In this document: positions 58,155 to 64,000 of the stretch, piece after piece
Layout: every line of letters starts with the position of its first letter
Position numbering within the stretch: the first letter of the stretch is position 1
Virus record (IMG/VR): IMGVR_UViG_2690315780_000001
Location: 1 to 64,000 of that record
Strand: one strand, 5' to 3'
From: an uncultured virus (IMG/VR IMGVR_UViG_2690315780_000001)
Taxonomy: Duplodnaviria > Heunggongvirae > Uroviricota > Caudoviricetes
Length of the DNA: 64,000 nucleotides
Notes under the pieces: generated by a model
Told to the model about the DNA's origin: nothing
Database searches by the model: none
Seen by the model: the letters and a program-made list of their open reading frames with translations, nothing else
Made by a program: the position numbers and the translations under genes

Positions 58155-58366
58155 CTAAACCTCGCTAATTTATACATTGGATTACCTCGTTTTCGTGATA
58201 TCAATGCCGATAAGCGGGCTTCCCAACGCTCACGACCTTTTATGATCTCGTTGAGGTTTTCCATTGTCATGGCTTGTCCATTAAAGGTGATGGATTTTCC
58301 TTTTAATACCGCCTCTTCCGCTAAACGGTATTGCTCAATCATGTGTTCAATTTCTTCTTTCGTCAT
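58151..58366 (-). CDS. gpW-like head completion protein
   Basis: YRLAEEAVLKGKSITFNGQ; between terL and portal. Confidence 0.8.
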   Translation of the reverse strand: MTKEEIEHMIEQYRLAEEAVLKGKSITFNGQAMTMENLNEIIKGRERWEARLSALISRKRGNPMYKLARFR

Positions 58367-60465
58367 ATCCAGCCTCCGCTGTTTGATACCGGTGCCCATG
58401 CTGATACGGCAGGCGTTTCCTGTTTTTGGGTTTCGGGTGAGGGTTTTATTTCAGGCTCTGTGGCGATATCGGCAATTGGCGGGGGTGAGGAAAGCATTAC
58501 ATCAGGCAATCTCGCCCATTTAGGCGGGTTTTCCCAATTAATATTCTCGTACCCTTTTAATATCACCAAGGCATGAGCGTAAACCATCAGGTCAAATGCC
58601 TCATTAGCGCCTCGCCCCGGCTTTTCCCAATGCCCTTTTTCATCACGCTCTTCATACGTCAACTCGTCATAGAACGATTCATCCAGCCAATCAGGGAAAT
58701 GAATATAATTAGGCCCTACAGTATCGCGCGATAACGCAGAACTGATCCGGTCTTTGAGTTGACCCGTTTGCAATAAATAAAGAGGCACATCCCCTTTCGC
58801 TTGGGCGCGCCGTTCAGAACGACTGGTGTTATCGGGAAAGGATTTGGTAATTAACTTACTGCGTTTATGCCCATCGCCCTTAAAGAGATAGACTTTACGG
58901 TGTAATCCCTCTTTTCGACAGCGACGCCAAAATTTATAGGCATTATCGGTAACACCCTCTTCACCACCAGAGTCTACGCCTAACATCATGATTTCCATTT
59001 CATGGTGAGGATAATGTTGCAATGGATAGGTTTTCTCTAATACATCGGTGATTAATACTTGCCAATCTTCGGGATACGAACCCGGATCGATTCGACGGCA
59101 TTCACCGTTGTTGTCATAACGTAGAGATTGGGTGATTTCAAAGCGGTCAATCACCCAACGTTCACCTTTTTCACCGTAACCGACCACTTGCACCACAAAG
59201 CGTCGTTTTTTCCCGCCCTGTACGTCAACCGTGGCAACCAAGAACCGCACACCATCAGGAACAATCAATTCACCTAAATCTTCAACACGATTGATTAATT
59301 CATCGCTCCGACGTTGCTCTTGTGCTGTGCGCGGTAAATAAGGTAAACCCCAGTCTGTATTCGTGACCGCTTTTAAGGTTTCTTCACTACCTGTTAATTC
59401 ATATTCCTGTTCTGCAGTCAGTAATTTATAAACTAACTGAGACAGCGTTTGATAAGCAGCCGCAGGCCCTTCCATCCAAAAAGAGGCAATACGAGAACGA
59501 CGCCCTGTTCCTGATACTTTCCCTTGCTTATCAATGGACTGCCCTTCAATCAACCACACCCCTTTATTATTGAGTTCCCTTTTTTGATGGGGCTCGATGC
59601 GACCTAAACAGTGCTGACATTCCACATACGCCGATTCGCTGGCTTCTACGGGATCTGGATTGTCACGATACCCCTTTACCGCATCATAAATAGGCTGAAA
59701 ATATTCGTGGCAGTGAGGACATTGCCAGTACCAGCGACGACGATCACCCCGATTATAAAGCGATAGAATACCCGTTGTGGGCGGGGCTTCGTGAGGCGAT
59801 AAGCGACGCCATTTAGTATCGGTAATATCTCGCCCCGGAGAGCTTTCCACCAGCGTCATGCCAGCCGACATAAAAGTGGTTGTCCGTTTTGATGCTAAAG
59901 AAAAGCCATCTCCTTCACCGTCGATATCTTCGGGAAAACGGTCATAGTCGGTAAGAGCCACACATTTAAAGTCAGATGAGGACATCACGTTAATCGATGG
60001 CCACCCCATTTTTAGAAAACTGCCGGATAAAAAGTATTTATCAAATACGTTATTGTCATTACGACGAGGACTGAGTTGTTTGCTGACTTCAGGACTACAA
60101 CGAAAGGTACGAGAAAGCCGTTTTTTACTGTGCTCTTGTGCTTTGTCTTGCGTCATTTGCACCAGCAACATATCAGAAGGGTCGCACACAATATTGTAAA
60201 TCACCCAGCCATCAATTAACCCGACCGTCTTTCCTGTTCTCGCAGGCCCGACAAATATCACTGCATCATAGAGCCGTGACGATAAACAATTCATAGGTTC
60301 AACAATGTAAGGGGATACCGCCGGATCCCAAGGAACCGAGTTACCCGCTCCCACAGGGACGCGCATATATTTTGCCACAGCATCCGCAACCGGCATTCGC
60401 CTCGGTGCTTTAATGAGTTGAGCCACATTCTTACGTAACAAAGAGGCAGATATTGGTTTAACCAT
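58363..60465 (-). CDS. GpA-type terminase large subunit
   Basis: GPARTGKT; ESSP; CPHC; VDVQGG; NEAFDL. Confidence 0.93.
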   Translation of the reverse strand: MVKPISASLLRKNVAQLIKAPRRMPVADAVAKYMRVPVGAGNSVPWDPAVSPYIVEPMNCLSSRLYDAVIFVGPARTGKTVGLIDGWVIYNIVCDPSDMLLVQMTQDKAQEHSKKRLSRTFRCSPEVSKQLSPRRNDNNVFDKYFLSGSFLKMGWPSINVMSSSDFKCVALTDYDRFPEDIDGEGDGFSLASKRTTTFMSAGMTLVESSPGRDITDTKWRRLSPHEAPPTTGILSLYNRGDRRRWYWQCPHCHEYFQPIYDAVKGYRDNPDPVEASESAYVECQHCLGRIEPHQKRELNNKGVWLIEGQSIDKQGKVSGTGRRSRIASFWMEGPAAAYQTLSQLVYKLLTAEQEYELTGSEETLKAVTNTDWGLPYLPRTAQEQRRSDELINRVEDLGELIVPDGVRFLVATVDVQGGKKRRFVVQVVGYGEKGERWVIDRFEITQSLRYDNNGECRRIDPGSYPEDWQVLITDVLEKTYPLQHYPHHEMEIMMLGVDSGGEEGVTDNAYKFWRRCRKEGLHRKVYLFKGDGHKRSKLITKSFPDNTSRSERRAQAKGDVPLYLLQTGQLKDRISSALSRDTVGPNYIHFPDWLDESFYDELTYEERDEKGHWEKPGRGANEAFDLMVYAHALVILKGYENINWENPPKWARLPDVMLSSPPPIADIATEPEIKPSPETQKQETPAVSAWAPVSNSGGWI

Positions 60466-60476
60466 TTCCCCTCCTT

Positions 60477-60956
60477 TTAATCCTCCTTAAGCTCATCGTC
60501 TGCTAGCACTTTTATCGCAATTTGATCACGTAGGTCATCAATCACTGTTTGTATTTGAAAAACCGCTGAAGGCGTTAATGCACAATCGCGCTCTAATATA
60601 TCTGGTAACGTTTCCAATACTTGCACCATCACTTTAGCCAGTGCTGAATATTCTCGTGCAACATCTGAAGCCGGCAATAACTCCCCCACTTCTTGCTCAA
60701 ACTTCAAACGCTCCCGCTCAGACTGATACCACGCTTTTCGATCTTGAGGTTGCATGTCTTGACTATCAATCGATGCAGGAGCTTTCATTGTTTCGGCTAA
60801 AATATCGCTAAGTGCATAAAGTTTGAGGTTTGAGTTATTGGTATTAAGAGGTGTGAGATTTTTAAGGCGTGATGAAACGGTCTGTCGATGTATTCCTGAT
60901 AATGCAGCTATCTGGCTAATATTGAGTGTTAGCTGTTTGAGTTTTTGATCCATCAT
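60477..60956 (-). CDS. Terminase small subunit (DUF1441/Nu1-like)
   Basis: LNISQIAALSGIHRQTV; RKAWYQSERERLK; LETLPDILERDC. Confidence 0.88.
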   Translation of the reverse strand: MMDQKLKQLTLNISQIAALSGIHRQTVSSRLKNLTPLNTNNSNLKLYALSDILAETMKAPASIDSQDMQPQDRKAWYQSERERLKFEQEVGELLPASDVAREYSALAKVMVQVLETLPDILERDCALTPSAVFQIQTVIDDLRDQIAIKVLADDELKED

Positions 60957-61016
60957 TGTATGTAAATAGTGAATAAAAAACCCGCGTTGAGCGGGTGTTC
61001 GCAGTGGTATTTAACT

Positions 61017-61538
61017 TTATTGTGTTAGGGAATCAATATAGTCAAAAAGAAATTGAGCATCTGTTTCGTTTAATTTATTAAAATATTCGGCTTTTCTTTT
61101 GTCAAAATCTTCACCTTTATGAGGCCATTTATTACACCACTCATTTATATTTGTATTTTTTTCGAACCATTGCATTTCATAGCAATATTTATCTGCTAAT
61201 TGATTAATTAAGTTCGTAGTTTCACCTTTAGTTCTTGTTGCCGTAACAATCAGATCACATCCATGACTAATTAATTTCCCAACTGTTTTATCTACTATTT
61301 CTTTATAATCACCTTCTGTAGAAATTCCTATTTTAATACCATTTTTCTCAAAAATAGCGATCTCATCACTTGAAGATAATTCCCTTATTTTTAATTCAAA
61401 AGGAATAGAATAGCTTTTATCTGATTCAAACTTATCAATCAATTTGCTCAGTGTTTGAGTTTTACCTCGTTCACTTGCACCAAACACACCTAACAATAAT
61501 TTTTTATCAAACTTCATTATGGGATATTCCACTTTCAA
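61017..61538 (-). CDS. Small P-loop NTPase-like moron
   Basis: GASERGKT Walker A; CDLIVTATR; own terminator at 60974-60997. Confidence 0.6.
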   Translation of the reverse strand: MKVEYPIMKFDKKLLLGVFGASERGKTQTLSKLIDKFESDKSYSIPFELKIRELSSSDEIAIFEKNGIKIGISTEGDYKEIVDKTVGKLISHGCDLIVTATRTKGETTNLINQLADKYCYEMQWFEKNTNINEWCNKWPHKGEDFDKRKAEYFNKLNETDAQFLFDYIDSLTQ

Positions 61539-61765
61539 TAATAAATTATGATATACGTGCAGAATGTAATTAATACAAGTTACTACATCACATTCTTATG
61601 AATATTAAGAAAAATTCCTGTAGAAAATAATGAAGCGTAAAATATGTTGATGAACAAAAAACGGTCACAATCATCAGCGTTTATTATTTATATAATTAAG
61701 AATCAATAAGTTAATTCAATAGTGATGATGCTAAAATAAAATGCAAAAATTTGGCGTTTTCCGCG

Positions 61766-61777
61766 AAGCCTCCGCCC
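61766..61777 (-). promoter_or_regulatory. Lambda-like cosN (GGGCGGAGGCTT)
   Basis: ACG-GGGCGGAGGCTT-CGCGG versus lambda ACG-GGGCGGCGACCT-CGCGG (9/12); cosQ-like AGGTACT upstream. Confidence 0.75.
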
Positions 61778-61836
61778 CGTGGGAAGGGAGGCTATTGAGA
61801 GTACCTTTTTAATTAACTGTTCTTCAATCTAGTTTA

Positions 61837-62214
61837 TTATTTAATAAGGTTTGCTTCTAAAAGGCTAATAACTACATCGGCTTGCCCATTATGATTTTTA
61901 GGTAAATCATCATTGTTTTTTTGATATAGCCGAAAACATTCGATGGCTGTTATGTTTGGGTTCTCTATTGCTAATGCTAAAAGTTCTTTCGCATGGTGTT
62001 TATTAGCTATACCCGCTTTATAATTATTCGATGGGATGTTCTTTACTAAACCAAGCTCACATAAACCAAGAAAGGCACCTTTAGGGCATCCTTTATTAAT
62101 TGATGATTTACTAGTTGTTTCTTTTGATATCGCATTCGTCCATTGCTCACGCAAATCTATTTTATCATCATAATTCAATACAGTCTGTACTGCTGCTTTA
62201 CCATAAGTTCCCAT
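61837..62214 (-). CDS. DUF6979-like moron protein
   Basis: YGKAAV; KGCPKGAFLGLCELGLVKNIP; HNGQADVV. Confidence 0.65.
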   Translation of the reverse strand: MGTYGKAAVQTVLNYDDKIDLREQWTNAISKETTSKSSINKGCPKGAFLGLCELGLVKNIPSNNYKAGIANKHHAKELLALAIENPNITAIECFRLYQKNNDDLPKNHNGQADVVISLLEANLIK

Positions 62215-62385
62215 ATATAACCTCATGCCTGATTAATATATTAATATTCGATGATACTAACACTCAGTAATGCATAATTACCTGATTTTGACCACGCATT
62301 GTGAAAGTATTTATTTCTATTTAACATTACTCATAGCTTCCTTTATTATTCAACTTATTTTTGTAATTTATTTGAATATTTTTAA

Positions 62386-62847
62386 TTATTGTGAACACTC
62401 ATATCTTATATATTCCTGTAACCCCTTAATCATTCTTTCCGACTCGGCAATTCGCTCTCTAAGTAGCCAATAATTTCGGATAGCGGTGTCAGTAAGTCTG
62501 GCGGGGGTTGCATCATCCATGCTGGAGGTGGAATTTGTGGTGATACGGGAGGAGCACTCTGCTCTGATATACACCCGCTTAGGATTACGCTCAGCCAAAA
62601 TACGCAACCCATCAATTTCCTTTTTCGCATTAACTAATTCCTGAGTGTGTTTAATATCGAGTTGATTTAATAGAGTTACCCGGTTTTGATAATCGTGATT
62701 TATATTCACTAGCTCTTTTAAACGACTGGCTAGCTCCTTATTAGCATCGTTTAATCTATTCAGTTTTTTTGATTGCTCATTTACCACCATATAACCACCA
62801 GCAATAATAACTATTGCCATAGTCGCGATATAAAACTTCCAATTCAT
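62386..62847 (-). CDS. Rz: Rz inner-membrane spanin
   Basis: Homologous to 21769-22236. Confidence 0.9.
   Translation of the reverse strand: MNWKFYIATMAIVIIAGGYMVVNEQSKKLNRLNDANKELASRLKELVNINHDYQNRVTLLNQLDIKHTQELVNAKKEIDGLRILAERNPKRVYIRAECSSRITTNSTSSMDDATPARLTDTAIRNYWLLRERIAESERMIKGLQEYIRYECSQ
62430..62630 (-). CDS. Rz1: Rz1 outer-membrane spanin nested in Rz
   Basis: ILSGC lipobox; PPPAWMMQPPPD. Confidence 0.8.
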   Translation of the reverse strand: MRKRKLMGCVFWLSVILSGCISEQSAPPVSPQIPPPAWMMQPPPDLLTPLSEIIGYLESELPSRKE

Positions 62848-62853
62848 TATTGA

Positions 62854-63012
62854 TTAATACCTATAATGAGAAATAGCACGTTGACAACGTTTAACTAAAC
62901 TCGCTTTATCATTGGAACAAGAAGGATCAATGGAAAGATAAAAACTAAAGATAACAATAAGAAAAAGAGTAATAATAAAACAAAAAACAATAATTAAAGA
63001 TTTCCATGGCAT
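62854..63012 (-). CDS. 52-aa single-TM protein (not in the ORF track)
   Basis: MPWKSLIIVFCFIITLFLIVIFSFYLSIDPSCSNDKASLVKRCQRAISHYRY*. Confidence 0.7.
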   Translation of the reverse strand: MPWKSLIIVFCFIITLFLIVIFSFYLSIDPSCSNDKASLVKRCQRAISHYRY

Positions 63013-63464
63013 AAAGCAGATTCCATTTCACGGCGATTAATTAAGCCTTTCCATACTTTTCCACCAGCATAAATCCAGCGTTTCATTTCTTCACAAGCAC
63101 CATGTTGATCACCCACATTTAATTTTTTGAGTAAAGTAGAACGTGAAAATGCTGTTATTCCAACATTAAAAGCAAAAGAATATAAAGAGGCTTTAGTGTG
63201 ATTATCGAGAGATACTTTAACTAAAGCATCGACTTGTTGTTGTATTTTAATAAAATCTTTTTGTAATAAAGCATCACATTCTTGCTGTGTGTATATTCTA
63301 TTCTGAATGATGTCATTGCCAGTATAGCCGTAACAAACCGTCAGAACACCCGCAACATCATAATAGGATTTGTATTTTATTCCTTCTAAATAACTAATAA
63401 GAGTTAAGGCTATAGTAACGGCACTGGTGCTACTTAATACAATGGCTTTCCGTTTTAATTGCAC
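62994..63464 (-). CDS. SAR endolysin (GH24)
   Basis: LEGIKYKSYYDVAGVLT triad; GTG start after AAGGA. Confidence 0.9.
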   Translation of the reverse strand: MQLKRKAIVLSSTSAVTIALTLISYLEGIKYKSYYDVAGVLTVCYGYTGNDIIQNRIYTQQECDALLQKDFIKIQQQVDALVKVSLDNHTKASLYSFAFNVGITAFSRSTLLKKLNVGDQHGACEEMKRWIYAGGKVWKGLINRREMESALCHGNL

Positions 63465-63578
63465 TTAAGATCCTTTTTATTAAAAAGTATCATTTCATAA
63501 ATATAATTAAATCTTATAATTCAGCTTGATATTTAATTATGTTATCATTAGAAAAATAAAAATTAGAGATAAAATACA

Positions 63579-63860
63579 ATGAAAAAATTCGATATAGATA
63601 CAATAATTAAAAACTTATTGGACAAGGATGTAAAAAAATAAATCAAACTTATAACAACCAAACCAATAAAGAAGATAGTTTCAACAAATGGTTTTTTGAC
63701 ACATTTATCTTTGATCGTATTTTATTTGAAGGATTATTTATTTCACTTACTATAGTTTTCATTTGTATAATCACATCAGGATCCACACCTCATCTATTCT
63801 ATTCATTCTTAGTTTTAGTTTTTATTTATTTCGCCATGAGTTTAGTTATTACTATCTATG
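63579..63860 (+). pseudogene. Possible frameshifted two-TM membrane protein
   Basis: MKKFDIDTIIKNLLDKDVKK* stops after an A7 run; adding one A continues into two hydrophobic helices. Confidence 0.35.
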
Positions 63861-64000
63861 ATTGTATTAATAATAAAATATCACTAATTTTATTCTTTAG
63901 AGTAAAAAGAATTACAATAATGACCTATATAATGAAATGACAATTCTCAGACAATAATTATTTATTAAAACTATAAAGAGTCACTTGTAATTTAATACTT

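Larger units (their letters stand above)
37469..64000 (-). mobile_element. Prophage 2 (defective, lambda-type late genes) with a distal defence-cargo region
   Basis: Endolysin-Rz-cos-terS-terL-W-portal-(deletion)-H-M-L-K-I-J; assigning the 37.5-46.5 kb cargo to this element is inference. Confidence 0.8.

Noticed and set aside
1..64000. Retron, DGR, invertase shufflon, tRNA or rRNA genes
   Set aside because: No reverse transcriptase or serine invertase ORF in the track, and no cloverleaf or rRNA sequence noticed by eye (tRNAscan-SE not run)

Overview
The window holds two adjacent lambdoid prophages with structural genes on the minus strand, in an AT-rich enterobacterial chromosome (probably Proteus/Morganellaceae; this is inference). 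Prophage 1 (about 1-37.5 kb) is nearly complete. It has an HK97/SfV-like head, a siphovirus tail, a lysis cassette, Q, replication genes, cI/cro with six visible operators, and phage-21-type xis/int beside an icd 3' fragment that serves as the att site. Its small terminase is broken by a one-base homopolymer frameshift. Its cargo includes a DarT-like ADP-ribosyltransferase candidate, a Cor-like lipoprotein, a Doc toxin with an unannotated 59-aa partner, a Pmp3/YqaE membrane protein and Sir2-HerA. Between Q and the holin lies a stress block: Csp, an AUU-start YmcF-like peptide, Hsp20 and an unannotated RyhB-like small RNA behind a Fur box. From 37.5 to 46.5 kb there is a defence cluster: Gabija, PARIS-like AriA/AriB, a frameshifted TM gene plus a TIR gene, a nuclease-like pseudogene and an IS3 relic. 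Prophage 2 (46.5-64 kb) is a defective lambda-type element. It keeps tail-tip, terminase, cos and endolysin/spanin sequences, but has a frameshifted portal and a large deletion joining the ClpP/capsid gene to the tape-measure gene. All family assignments come from motifs recognised by eye; no database searches were run.
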